The position numbers were made by a program, and so were the translations under genes. From positions 55,430,001 through 55,494,000 of the forward strand of contig NC_045707.1 of NCBI RefSeq assembly GCF_009834535.1: DNA of 64,000 nucleotides, in the 5' to 3' direction. A model generated the notes under the pieces. That model made no database searches. It was not told the origin of the DNA and worked only from the letters and a program-made list of their open reading frames with translations. Position 1 is the first letter of the stretch. Every line of letters begins with the position of its first letter. This document shows positions 39,732-53,180 of this stretch, one piece after another. The stretch comes from Camelus ferus. Lineage: Eukaryota.

Positions 39732-40913
39732 TAGAGCAGGTAATTCTACTGGCAACATTCATAGCTTTAGAATGTCAATAACCCCAGTCATTTACTCACA
39801 CATAGTGCTCTGCCTTTATCCAAGCACTCACGTGTATCTTCAGTTTCCCAAGGCCTCTGAATTCTATCAACTTTATTCTATTTGTTCCCCCCTCCCCTGG
39901 AAGGAGTGCTCATCTTTTGGGTCCCTCTGATCAATATTCCTGCTCTCTATTTAGAAACTTGGACATGTTAGTATTCTTAATTTCTATTTATCAGTCCTTA
40001 AATTTATTATTTCAATATATGGCTTTTTTTTTGCCATATAGAGTTGGCAAAAGTAAGTGATTTAAAATTTATGAGTACTAATCATCTGGGAGTATTCATT
40101 TTGAGCAACATTAGAAGACTGACAATCCATTTCTGAATTAAGTTACTTTCCACTTGGGCAGACAATCCAAGCAGTGCACATCATACAAATAAAATGTGAG
40201 CATAACTCCCCAATGTGACCCCAGGTCCTTACAGAGACTGCGTAAAGTTGAATGGTAAATGTAAGCTGCTCTGAGTAAACAGCCAGATCCGAAGTATGAA
40301 GAACACAGAACACAACTACTTACACCGTTAGACTGGGTGATAGACCATTTCACATATAAAGTTTCTTTTGCATCTCATTTCGTGCATTAGGAGGCTAACA
40401 CTGGGCCTGGCTATGAACTACCCCTTGTAATTCAAAAAGGTCTTACCTTTCCTGGGTAGTTATTCCATCTAGAGGAAATTCGCTCATTCCAAACTCTAAT
40501 CCAGGACTTATTTCTACTAATTGTGGCCTTGCCTGTTTCCCCTTTAGTTTTACATCATGCTCCTATAACTTCTCTTACATTTCTAATTCCATAAATTTCT
40601 TGAACATTTTTCCTCAGGGCACAAGCAACCTCTGCATTTCAATAACTGAGTTACCTCAAAACTCACCCAATAATGCTTTCAGTATTTTAAGTTGTTCAAA
40701 TGTTATGTATTCAAACAGTGGTTCTTTAATTGGCTTTCTTATGAGTCTTTTATCTGCAACTTGACACAGTAAATGTCAATGTGGGGGGAGTTTAGTGTTA
40801 TTTGGGTTATTTATTCCAGGCTTCCCATGAGATCTCCTTTTTCTTACCTTATTGGATCTTTTTGAGTTATCACTGACTTCCCTAAATGAACAATTAAAAT
40901 TTACTTCTTTCTA

Positions 40914-41923
40914 ATGATAGGTCCATTAAGGAGTTAATATAAAAAACTATATAATAAACAGCTTATACAACTCAATATCAAAAAAAGCTGAAAACCCAAT
41001 TGAAAATGCATAGAAGGCCTAAATAGACATTTTTCCAAAGAAGAAATACAGATGGCCAACAGGCACATGAAAATATGCTCAACATTGCTAATCAGAAAAT
41101 GCAAATCAAAACCACAATGAGATATCATCAAAAGGACCACAAATAACAAATGTTGCCGAGGATGTAGGAAAAAGGGAACCCTTGTGCACTACTGGTGGGA
41201 ATGAAAATTGGTGTAGCCACTATGGAAAACAGTACAGAGGGTCCTCAAAAAACTAAAAACAGAACTACCAGATGATCCAAACATTCCATTCCTAGGTATA
41301 CGTCTGAAGAAAATGAAAACACTAATTTGAAAAGATACATGCACCCCAGTGTTCATAGCAGCATTATTTACAAAGCCAAGAAATGGAAGCAGTCTGTCAA
41401 CAGATGAATATATGAAGAATATGCAGCATATGTGTATGTATATATATATATATATATACACACACATATATAAAAATAATGCATGGTAATACTGCTTAGT
41501 CATAAAAAAGAATGGAATTTTGCCATTTGCAGCACCATGGATGGACCTGGAGGGTATTATAATTAGTGAAATAAGTCAGAGAAAGACAAATACTGCATGT
41601 TATCCCTTACATGTGGAATCTGAAAAATGAACATAACAAAAAAAGAAACAGACACACAGATGTTCAGAACAAACTAGAGGTTGCCAGTAGGGAGAAGGAA
41701 GGAGGAGGGGGTGAGATATGGTTAGGGATGTAAGAAGTACAAAATACAAAAATACACTATACAGCACAGGAAATATAGCCAATATTTTATAATAGCTTTA
41801 AATAGGGTATAATCTATAAAAATTTTGAATCCCTGTATTCTACACCTGAAACTAATATAATATTGTAAATCAACTTTACGTCAAGAAAAAGCACCATAAC
41901 AAAACAAAACAAAACAAAACAAA
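40914..41923 (+). mobile_element. L1MA9-like 3' end with (AAAAC)n tail
   Basis: ORF2 C-terminal and 3'UTR motifs. Candidate TSD tttacttctttcta (40900-40913) versus tttactactttcta (41928-41941). Confidence 0.88.
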
Positions 41924-42142
41924 GTAGTTTACTACTTTCTAGCATTATTTTTAAAATAACATCTAGGTGTAATTTTTAAAGCATGTATCTTTTATTCTTT
42001 TAAACATAGGAGACTTGAAGTTTTAAAGCCAATCCTATTGAAGTTTATTTTTTTCTGTATGCCTCCTAAATGTATTCTTTACTATTTTCATAACAAAAGC
42101 TTTTTAAAAAATTACTGTAACCACCATTCTCTCTCATCAAAA

Positions 42143-42328
42143 GCAGTGGTCCTCAGCCTAGGGAGGTGACTGGAAACGTGGGAGACTCTTTGTGTTGTTA
42201 CAATGACTGAGGGAATACTTGGCATTTGAGGGGTTGTCACCTATATTATCAGAAATAGGATTAGCCCTCACATTGGAACTCTATCCTGCCTGAAATGCCA
42301 CAAAGTATGCATCCATGGAAAAACACTC
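42143..42328. mobile_element. MER20-like hAT MITE
   Basis: cagtggtcctcagcc...gttgttacaatgactg...tggcatttg...gaaaaacact. Confidence 0.6.
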
Positions 42329-42859
42329 ATCTAAAAAAAAAAAATCAGCTTGTTTAATCTAAGTATTTTCATTCTTTGTATGATAGGCTAAATTCCCAAA
42401 CTGAGGTACAACAGATACAGGCACATTTTACTGACTTGTTTTGCATTTTGGTTTGAGTGATTTATCTCTCTTTCTATCATTTTTCTAATAAGAAAATATT
42501 CTCAGTGATATAGGGTTCCAAGGTAGTTGTATCTGTGGTTAATAAAGCCCTGTGTATTTTTGCGGGTAAAGCCACAATCTAGTTTCCAAGTTTCACAACC
42601 ACTATTTCTAAACAGTTAAGAGTAAAGTTTCAAAGGGAAGAGATAGCCTAGTCTGTAATTTCTATGTTAAAAGTCCATTGGTCTTAAAAGAAGATAATCA
42701 TTTAATGGAAAAAAACATTTTGTAGTGTAAGAGACATGGGTGAAAAACACAACCACAGGAACCAAATGAGTCTATCAATGAATCTTAAGATACTCAGAAG
42801 CTAATTTTAATTGGTAAGACTCTTCTAAGAATGACAAAGTCAAAGAAACATCAGAAGAG

Positions 42860-45800
42860 GATTCTGGGAAGGTGGCAGAGTAGGTAGTACCAAGAATCTG
42901 TCTTCATATCTGGACCATTCCACTAGCAGAATCTATTTAATGTAGTCATTTGAAACTCTGGAGGCTGTTGAAGGCTTGTAACTTCTGGGGGAAGACTTGG
43001 GTGGTACTGGAAAAGCTATACATAGCTTGCTAGAGCCAGGATGGGCAAAAAAGGACCCTCTTCTCCTAATATTGGGGATCTTTACTATGATTGCTGCTTC
43101 TGATCACAGAGGAGCAGACAAAGAGGTAGACGGTATCTTTGTTGTTGCACTGTTTCCCATTGATGCAATCCCCTCTCCCTCCAGCTAAAGTGACTTCCAG
43201 GGGATTTAAAGTTACAGCACCCTTTTTCCCTCTTTTAGGAGGGAGACTAAAAAAAACATGGACATTCAAAAACAATTGCATATACCAAGAAAATTAGAAA
43301 GTGATTGTACATGCCCAGAAAAAGAATGATCAAAGACATAATGAGACCTTAAGTTAACATCTCAGGCTGATCCTCAGAGCAGAGACACTCTATAACAATC
43401 AAAATAACAAAGCCAATGACAACAACAGAAGTAAAACCTGGGGAAGGTAGAGAATCTGATTTCCAGAGTTACCACAATATTAGATTCAAATGTCCAGTGT
43501 CCAACAATAACAAAAAAAATCACAAGACGTGCAAAAATAGCCCAATCAAGGAAAACAAATAAATCACAAAACTACCCATGACAAAGACCTAATGGCAGAT
43601 ATATTAGACAAAGACTTTAAAACAACTACCTTTAAAACACTCAAAAACTAGAGACATGGAGAATATCAAGAAAATGACATGTGAACAAATTAGAAATATC
43701 AAAGGGATAGAAAACCTAAAAGGGAAAACCAAAAGTACATTCTGGACCTAAAAAGTACAATAACTAAAATAAGAAATACACTGGAGGGATTCAAAGGCAA
43801 ATGTGAGCAGGCAGCAGAAAACCTGTAGAACAATGGAAATTATTGAATCTGAGGAACAGAAAGAAAAGTACACAGAACCTAAGGGACCTGCGGGATAGCC
43901 TTACGCAGACCACACACTCATCATGAGAGTCCCAGAAGGAGGAGAGAAAAATGGCACGGAGAGAATTTTTGAAAAATAACGGCTGAAAACTTACCAAATG
44001 TGACAAAAGATATAAATATCCAAGAAGCTAACAAACTTCAAGATGAAATCAAAGAGAACTATACCAAGGCACATTATAGTCAGATTTTCAAAAGCCAGAG
44101 AGAGAATCTTGAAAGCACTGAAGAGAAGCAATCTCATACAAGGGGATCTTCAACAGGATTACCAGCAGATTTCTCATCAGAAAATTTGAGGGTCAGAAGA
44201 CAGTAAGCCAACAGGTTTTTATTTCTGCACTTTGAATATATCAACCAAGAGTCCTATATACAGCCAAATTGTCCTTCAAAAGTGACAGAAATTGTAACTG
44301 TCCCAGATACACAAAAGCTGACGGTGTTGTGACCACTAGACCTGCCCTGCAAGAAATGCTCGAGGGAGTCTTGCAAGGTGAAATGAAAGTATAATCATCT
44401 GAAGCCATATAGAAAAACAGGAGTCTCAATACAGGTAAATATGTGGGCAATTATAAAAGATATACTTTTGTAGTGATTGTAAATATGCTTTTCAAGAGAC
44501 TGCTACACGTAACAGAAAAAACAGCAACTATTAGTGTAAAAGCTAATATTATTATAACTTTTGTTTATAACTCCAAACCTTGTTTTTTACATAAAGGGAC
44601 TGATGCATTTAAAAGAATTATTAGTGCCTGAGGGCACATAGATAGAGATGCACTTCTGTGACACCAACAACCCAAAGGGGTGGGGAGAGAGCTGTAAAGC
44701 AGAATTTTTGTATGTTATTGAAGTTAAACTGGTATAAATTCAAATTAGAGTATTACAATTTTAGGATATTAGTTGTAATCTCCATGGAAAACACAAAAAA
44801 TAGCTATAGAATATATACAAAAGGGTATGAGAAAGCAGTTTAAACATTTTACTACAAAAAACCAAACAAATGAAGGACAGTAATGCAGGAAATGAGACAC
44901 TAAAATGCTGTAAATCATATAGAAAATAAGTCGCACAATGACAGATATGTCACTTATTTGAAATGACTTTATAAATAAACTCTCCTAGAATGGACAGAAA
45001 CATGAGATCCAACTATATATGTTGTCTACCCTGAGATCCACTTAAGATCCACAGACACAAACAGTTTGAAAGTTAAATGATGGAAAAGGATATTATATAT
45101 CAATAAAAGATTCAATATAGTAAGAATATATAACAACTATAAACTTTTATGAACCTAACAAACCATCATAATATATGAAGCAAAACAGAACTGAAGAGAT
45201 AAACAGACACTTCTACAATAATAGTTGAGGACTTCAATAATGGCTAGAACAACCAGACAGAAAGTAAATAAGTAAATAAAGGCAAAGGACTTGAATAGAA
45301 TTTTCTCCAAATAAGATGTATGAATGGCCAATAAGCACATAAAATGATGCTTGATGTCACTATTCATTAGAGAAATGCAAATCAAAACTATAACATACCA
45401 CCTCACATCCATTAAGATGGCTACTATCATTAAAAAAACAGAACACAAATGTTGGTAGGGATGTGAAGGAAGTGGAAACCCTGTGTCCTTTTAGCAGGGG
45501 TGTAAAATAGTACAGCCACTCTGGAAAACAGTATGGTGGTATCTCAAAAAATTAAAAATGGAATGATCACATGATCCAGCAATTCCACTTCTGGGTAGAT
45601 ACCTAAGAGAACTGAAAATAATGTCTTAAAGTGATATGTGAACACCCATGGTTACAGCAGCATTACTCACAATGGCTTAAACAAGGAAGCAACATGAGCA
45701 GCCATGGACAGATGAATGGATAAGCAAAATGTGGCATATGCATAAAATAGAATATTATTCAGCCTTTAAAAAGGAAGGAGATTCTGCAAAATATCATGAC

Positions 45801-46125
45801 ATGGATGAACCCTAGGAACATTATGCTAAGCAAAATAAGTCACAAAAAGACAAATCATGTATGATTCCACTTATATGAGGTACTTAATTTAAGGTCAAAA
45901 TCACAGAAAGTACAATGATGGTTATTAGGGGTTTGAGGGAGGAGAGCATTGGGACATTGTTTAATGGATATAGAGTTTCAGAAGAGTCATGGGGATGGGT
46001 GGTGGTGATGGTTGCACAATAATGTGAATGTGTTTAAAACTACTGAACTGTGTGCTTTAAAATGGTTAAGATGGTAAATTTTATGTTAAGTGCATTTTAT
46101 TACTTACAATAAAAATAAAATAGAA
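42860..46125 (+). mobile_element. Old L1MB-type element with 5'UTR, ORF1, ORF2 start and 3' end, but most of ORF2 deleted
   Basis: 5' ttctgggaaggtggcagagtagg; ORF1 remnants (TGLPADFSSENLRVRRQ; agacctgccctgcaagaaatgct); 3' end aaatggttaagatggtaaattttatgtta...aataaaaataaaa. Confidence 0.82.
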
Positions 46126-46127
46126 AA

Positions 46128-46270
46128 CAGTCTCATGCCAGGAGGATAGCACACCACATATTCTACAGGGACAAAGGTTCTGTGTTCAGGTCCTTTCTAG
46201 AACTTGTCTTACATCTCTTCATCTGGCTGTTTTTTTTTTTTATCTTTTAAAGTATCTTTTTATATAATAG
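46128..46270 (+). mobile_element. MER21-like ERVL LTR fragment
   Basis: cagggacaaaggttctgtgttcaggtcctttctagaac...catctcttcatctggctgtt. Confidence 0.65.
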
Positions 46271-46899
46271 TGAGCTAGTAGATAAAAAAATAAAAAATAG
46301 TATATCCAAATATACCCATCCATTTAAATTCACCTACTATAGCTCCAAACACAGCATCTATCTCTAGGTGCTATTCGGTCTCTCAGTTTTGTTCCTTGCC
46401 TATTTCTCAAATGTTACAGTAATATACCAAAATGTTAGAAATAAGTATTTTTTCAGAACCAACTGGGAGAGAAATATTAAAAATCAGTATTTTTTCTTTT
46501 TCACTATTAATTTGTTGGAGAACATGAACAGCATGAGATTAATATGGGTTAACTGGCTCTTGAAACTCTCATCAGTTTTAAGATAGCCACAGGAAATTTT
46601 ATTTCCGTACAGCAAACACATATTCCGAGTAGCTGCTCACACTAGTCTGAGGTGGAAAGGGAAGTCAGAGACCAACTACATAATGCATGTATGTTTATAC
46701 AGAGTATCTCCACCTAACTGAAAACTACGTACTGATGCTTGTCATTCCACGCTATGAAAGACACCCCTTCATGAGCGGTTCTGAGTGCTGTTCTGGTGAG
46801 GAGACCTTTTGCACAATATCAATGTTATGCTAAGTCTTTCTACCTTAAAAGCTGTAAAAGACCAATGCATATCACAAAATTGTAAGAAAATTGCAAATG

Positions 46900-47740
46900 A
46901 TCCATTTTTCTTGAAGGAAAGCATGCCAGGGGAGGTTGTGAACATTTAAGAATTCCAAAGCACCAGCAGAAGTCTATCAGATGGACAGTGGAAGAGTTCT
47001 CACTGAGAGAAACTGACATATGCAAAGTATGGAAGCTCAAAAGAGCAGTGTGCATGTGGAGCAAGTAATTTGGCATGTCTGGTGAGTTAAGCACAAAATT
47101 AAAGGAAAGATTGGGCAGAAGTGCATTAAGACAGTCAGGAAGAGGCCAGATCATTTAAGGCTTTACATGCCAGCTGAAGAGTTTAAACATTATTACAAAG
47201 GCTATGGGGAACAACTGGCTTAAAAATCAGATTTTAATATTAGAAAAGTCATTTTAATTCCATTATGCATAAGGGATGGAAGTTTTGGGGGACTGGAGGT
47301 GTAGTAATGAAAGTTAGAAGAGGACCACCGAGGCCCAAAGGAGATGATGAAAGCCCGGACAAAACAGTGCTGATAAGAGTTAAATTCTGAGAGGTGACAT
47401 AAGACTGGACCACCTGAACAGGGTAAGCAAGAGGAAGGAGTCTGGGCTGACTTCTAGATTTCATTATTTATTACTGATTTGAATGCTAATACCTATGGGC
47501 ATTATCAGAAGAAATGGGAAAATGTGGGGAAAATACAATGAGTTTATGAATAAAAATGCCGGAAGACATTCAGTGCAGGTTTGAATATATCATTTTGGAT
47601 CTCAGAAGACAGGACCCAGATTTGAGTTACCAGCATATGGGGTTTATGAAAGACAATGTGAAGGAAACATACAGAATGAAAAGAGAAGGTAAACAAGAAA
47701 ATGTTATCATTTGAGAATGTGGTTAGAAACAAATAACAGA
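46900..47740 (-). mobile_element. L2 LINE fragment
   Basis: ggccagatcatttaaggctttacatgccagctgaagagttt; atttgagttaccagcatatgg. Confidence 0.6.
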
Positions 47741-48149
47741 ACACCCAATAGCTAGGAGTCTTTTACAAGGATTATTTTTCTCACTAGAAATGTAGAGGGA
47801 ATCACTCCAGGGGTTTTGCAACTGTTTTAAGACCACCTTCAAGGAACCGGCTTGTTTCTCTGTTTCTACTATGAATCTGCCATGTGCTGACTTTCATGTT
47901 CACACTTGCTACTTGATGGATCTCAGATGGCACTGCCCCCTCTGTCTCATATCCACACTCTACACAGAATGAGCAAAAGAGAAAGAGGCACTTTTAATAT
48001 AAAGAAAATATTTCTCAAAAAAACCTAAGATACACTGCATTAACCATAATAGTCCTATGTCTTCATCTAACTGAAAGGAAAGCATGTATTTTGATTTCAG
48101 CACATAGCTACTCCAAGCCAGTAAACTTCTATTAAGGTAAGGAGTTGGC

Positions 48150-48293
48150 GGGGGGAGGGTAGAGCTCACTGGCAGAGCACATGCTTAGTATGTACAAGGT
48201 CCTGAGTTCAGTCCCCAGTACCTCCATTAAAAATAAATAAACCTAATTGCCTCCTCTCTCCAAAAAAAGCAATACATTTTAAAAAAGGAAAGA
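48150..48293 (+). mobile_element. Camelid tRNA-derived SINE (vic-1-like) with TSD
   Basis: gggggagggtagagctcactggcagagcacatgcttagtatgtacaaggtcctgagttcagtccccagtacctccattaaaaataaataaacctaatt. TSD aaggtaaggagttggc (48134-48149) versus aaggaaggagtaggc (48294-48308). Confidence 0.85.
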
Positions 48294-49159
48294 AAGGAAG
48301 GAGTAGGCAGCACTGAGATAGGCCATTTACAATCTCCCAAAAACGTAGAACTTTGCTCCAGGAATTATCAGGAGAGGCAGTCCTTGTGACGTGTATTGAA
48401 AAGGAGTTAGCCCAAAGACCCTGAGATTCTTAGAATGATATAATTCAGATACATAGGAAGTGAGCAGCAGCGTGTATGTGTGGAGTTCATGTACATGAGA
48501 ACTGATGAAAGCGTATGCTGAAAATGCTCTGAAACCAGTAGCTTCTTGTTGTCTGGATTGCTCTACTTAATTTGCCCGTGAACTGTCCTCCACTTTGAAA
48601 AACTGCTCTTTTATCTCTATCTTTTGAAATCCTGCATATTGATCTATCTATGATGATTTTCTTTAATGTGTTAGTGAGCTAGATATATTTAATTATGTGG
48701 GTCCCTAGAATTTCTTCTTATAATTTTAAAACATTTTGATAGTTTACTTGTTTCATTTGACCTTGAAAATAATAGCATAGCGGATACTGTACTAAAACAC
48801 GTGTTCCTCCTGATGCTGAGCCGCTAACAGACCCAGGCAGACATTACCTTTGTCTAAAAAGTGCCTCTTCCACCAAGGGAACCTGCTTTCAGTGCTTGAT
48901 GGGGGTTAGAAACACCCCCTATGCTGGCCCCAATTCTAGACGGCTCTACAATGCCAACTCAGCCACACAGCTCTTCTTGGAACCACAGACTGACTTCTCC
49001 CTTGACCTAATGCTGTTTTCTTCTCTTGGCTCACAGGAGTTTACCCTGAGAGTACTCTCCAATCAACTTCCTCACCATTCATCTCCACCTCAGACTCTGC
49101 TTCCTGGGAAACTGCTAAGTATTGAATAGTCTTGATATACTATTCACTGCTTGATTCCT

Positions 49160-49710
49160 TTCTTCCTTTATTCATGCAATACATACATGTGTGAAGCACT
49201 ATTGTCTGTCAGGCACAGTTCATTTGTAGTAAAAAAAAAAAAAAAAAAGAATAAAACATGACATCTCTACCTCGTGATGCTTACATTTTAGTAAAGGAAT
49301 ATAGACAGACAGTAAAACTACATTTTATTTACTTATTATCTAGATTGTCAGATAATGAGAAGTGCTTTGGATGCCACTGCATGGATTGATATACCTATTA
49401 GATAGACATCCTAGTATAAAAGTTGTATAGGCAGTTAGATTTAAAAAAAATGGAATTCAGGGTGAGATCTTTATTGCAGATATGTATCTGGGAGTCACCC
49501 GCATACAAATGGTATTTAAAACCCAAAGAGTAAATACTAATAGAGATCTTAAGATTGAGTCTTGGGCCATTACCATAAACAGAGAACAGGGAGATGAAGA
49601 ATCAGCAAAGGAGACTCACGAGTGACTAGTAAAATAAAAAAAAAAAAAAAACCAAAAACAAGAAAGGGTCTTGATGCAGAAGGCAATTAAAGATTTACAG
49701 GTGAGTGGAA
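49160..49710 (-). mobile_element. L2 LINE fragments
   Basis: ttattcatgcaatacat...gcactattgtctgtcaggcac; tgggagtcacccgcatacaaatggtatttaaaac. Confidence 0.65.
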
Positions 49711-49895
49711 TATAAAACAGTATAGTGGAAAAAGAATGAGGAGTAAAATGGATTAAAAAGAATTCCTAAATTCTTATTCTGTGGCAGTAAGCAATTAGAG
49801 AAAGGGGAGAGTTAGTGGAAATGGAAAGATATAAGAAACATTGTGAGAAAAAAATTGATGTAGCTTAAATTTGGATTGGATTTTAGATAAAAGAG

Positions 49896-50203
49896 TGAGG
49901 AATAACAGTTATACCTTAATTTTCTTTGTGTCCTCATACTAAACACATTGCTTTGGCCAGCCTGGGTCCATGAATGGATACTTGTTGAAATTCTCTCTTC
50001 CAACAGCTCCACCTCTAATTTTCCCATTTTGCTTAATGATTTCTTTGTCACAAAACCCTCATTAAACAAAATGGGAGAACTGGAGGCAGGGCTGCTTGAA
50101 GAGAGAAATTCATGAAGTATTCATCATGTACCCAGGATAACCAAAACTATGTGCTAAGCACAAGAACACACAAGGGCAATTAAGGCATAACTTTTATTCT
50201 CAT
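49896..50203. repeat. Long imperfect inverted repeat (~145-bp arms, 19-nt spacer)
   Basis: Left arm 49896-50039 aligns to the reverse complement of 50059-50203. The inner 49 bp match at 40/49 by manual count. Confidence 0.9.
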
Positions 50204-52199
50204 GAAGATCATAGCAGGTCAAAGATATGTCCTTACCATAAAATAAAATTGTCAATGCAGGATGGAACAAAACAAATGGCTTCAATAGAGGCATTTAAAT
50301 TCAAAGACTGTTGAACATGGACAGTTTGTAAATCATTTTACTATGTCCTATGGATACCAAGATGAGTAAAGTACAGTCAACTACTATCAATAAATCCAAT
50401 CCAGTTAGAAAAGAGGGAACACACTTTTATGATGATGGCCACCTTATGTGTAGTCACAGCCATTTGCTTTACAATGTACACATTTAGCCTCTGCTCTCAC
50501 ACATGGAATACAGAATTTCTGTCCTCACTTAATAGACAAAGAAGCAAGCCTAAAAGTAACTATTCAAGATTCTAAGTAATGATATGAAACTTGGAGCCAA
50601 ATCTATGTGATCTCAACCCGTGTTTTTTCACTATGCTATATCCCTTTTTAATCAGAGTGTGCATCTGTGCATTTTCAAGAGGAAGAGATGGTGCTCAGAT
50701 GTACCAGAAAGAAGTCATGAATTAAAGTGTGAGTTTCTGTTAAAAATATTTAAACAACTCATACGCTAAGCTTTAAAGAAACCTTGGAGATAACCTATTT
50801 GTGGCTTCTTAAACTTCTGCATTAAGATATTGAAATATCAGAAGAGTATAAGAAGATAAAACCAGGACCTCCCACAAGTATCAAACTTTTTTCAAGTCAA
50901 TGTTTGGTCTTAAAAAATGCATGTAAGATTTTCATTTTACTCCATAATGCGTCTGTTTCTATAAGGATAGAATTTTGTTCTCAAAAAATACAGATATCTC
51001 TAGCAAGATGTATTCTGCCTTACCTTGGTTGTCTCACATGGCTTGCTTGCTCCCTCTTAATCCAAGAGTTACATTTTCCATAGTTAGAAGGAAACCCACT
51101 TGGGTTACCTGTCAGAGAGCCTTGCAAAGTTCATGGTGTTAGAATTTGATTACAATTCAAATGTACTTATCTGTCAGTAGCCATGAGTCCATTGTTGTCA
51201 TCTGAATTGGGGCTGTATTATAATTTTCATTGGGAAGCAAACAAAGGTTCTCAGAAAATTATCCATACAATGTAGATAACGTGAATTATAAAAACTGAGC
51301 TGAAGTTTCAATGAAACATTTATCTGTGATATTTTTAGCTCTTTCTGTGTGGGGCAGGAAGCACCGCATACTTGTGTTTTATCCCCTTTTAGGCTCTGTT
51401 AAAATAAAAATTATCCTGGATGGGGGAAAGAAAAGATTTCAGCCAAAAGGAGTTTATTTTGTTTCTGTCTGAGTTTTGAGGGATATGTCTAGTTGTGTTT
51501 ATTGTTTCTAAAATCTTGGCAGGACAAAGAAAAGCATTTTTTGCTTATAAAAACCAAAAACCATAGGGGAAAATTTTAAATTAATATAAAGAGAATAAGA
51601 GCAAGTTTAGGCCATTCCTTTGAAGCTGGCTAGGCAATTCAAAGTCACAGGGCAGGGCATCAAAGAACCGCTGCCTAGGAAGGCCTCTCTCCACCAAATC
51701 AAGCCTAAATATGCTGGGAATAAATTGTGTATCTAGTCCAACAGGCTTAAAATATTTTATTTCAAATTCTCTGGGATTGGAGTTATTGTCCTTCTCATTA
51801 CTTCAACATTGTTTCTCTTTGTATCGTTTTCCTCCCTGGTTGATCTTTTCCAAGTCCCTTATATGTAAGTGTATCCTGCCCCAAACATCTTCCCTCTCAT
51901 GTCTACCACTTCTGCCTTCTGAAATCATCAATGGCAGAAAAATATGTACACACTATCATACAGACAAACCTCCCCCACAAACACATTGATGTTGGTAAAT
52001 TTGACACAGAGTTCCTATCTAAAAAAAGCAGGCAGAAAACCAACACAGTTTTGAGCTCTAAAAGATAGTGTGTTCAAGAAAACTTAATCTTTAAATCTGT
52101 GATCTGGAAGCATTTTATATTAAACAAGTCAATTGGACACTGAAAATTACAACAGAGGAAGGATTTCTCTTGACCTTCATTTCAGGTTCTAAGGCCCTT

Positions 52200-53180
52200 A
52201 ATAGAGGGATTTGACATAAAGAGGTCAGAAAAACATTCCTAGAGGAAGTGACATGTGAACTCAAGAGTTGTAGACTGAATAGCAAATATCTAGTTAAGAG
52301 CAGAAAAAGGACTGTTCAAACCAAAAGGAGCAATATATATGAACAGGAAGGAGGACAGGAAGAAGGCCGGTGGGACGGGATGAGAAGCAGCAGAGGACGA
52401 CTGGTACAAGATGAACCTAGGACAGCAGTAGAAGTCTCACGGCTCGGGGTCCTGACGGCCACGGTACGAACTCTACCCTTTATCCTGAAAGTCATACAGT
52501 TAATTGAAGGGCATTAAACGTGGGGGACACCATCATAAGGGAAGTGTTTTAGATACAGAAGGTGAGGAAGAATGCTGTGTGCAAGATGACTGCTACATTA
52601 CTTGCTTTTAATAATAGAAGAATTGCAGTGCAATTCACAAAGATCAGGAAAGTTGAGAAAGGAATAGAACTGAGGGAGAAAATTATGAGTTTTTAAAAAA
52701 ATATATATATCCTATATTTGAGGTGCTTTTGAGATTGCCAAGAAGGGGTATTAGAGAAAGGGCCTGTTATCTCTCTATAGCTAATAGTAGAAGTCATGAG
52801 GGTGAACGAAAATATAAGAGGGGAGAATAGGAGAGATTCTACCTCTAAGCTTAAGCAACTTCAATATGTAATGGCCTTCGGTGATAAGCCTGACAAAGAT
52901 ACAGTGAGGTAGGAAGAAAATTAAAGGGTATGGTTGCAAGGAATTCAAATCATAATGTCACAATCCAAGAAAGTGGAATATAGAGCTGAATGTTACTGAG
53001 AAGCAGACTAAGAAAGAAAAAATATTCCTTAGACTTAGAGACAGGAATGGGATTGCTGATCTTACCAAGAACTGTTTTGGTAGAGATGAGGTGTGTCTGA
53101 TGCCAGGTCAGAATTTGAGGAGAAAAAGACAATAAATGAATGCAGCAATTATAAACATTTCTTTTGAGAAAACTGTGCTG
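52200..53180 (-). mobile_element. L2 LINE fragment
   Basis: ggtcagaaaaacattcctagaggaagtgacatgtgaact; tttgaggtgcttttgagattgccaag; aaacatttcttttgagaa. Confidence 0.65.

Noticed and set aside
40300..40860. Several minus-strand GTAAG donors and a short open frame (DVKLKGKQ...ITTQE)
   Set aside because: No convincing acceptor, stops nearby, and such motifs are expected by chance.
48150..48230. tRNA-like sequence
   Set aside because: It is the head of a tRNA-derived SINE with an A-rich tail and TSD, not a tRNA gene.
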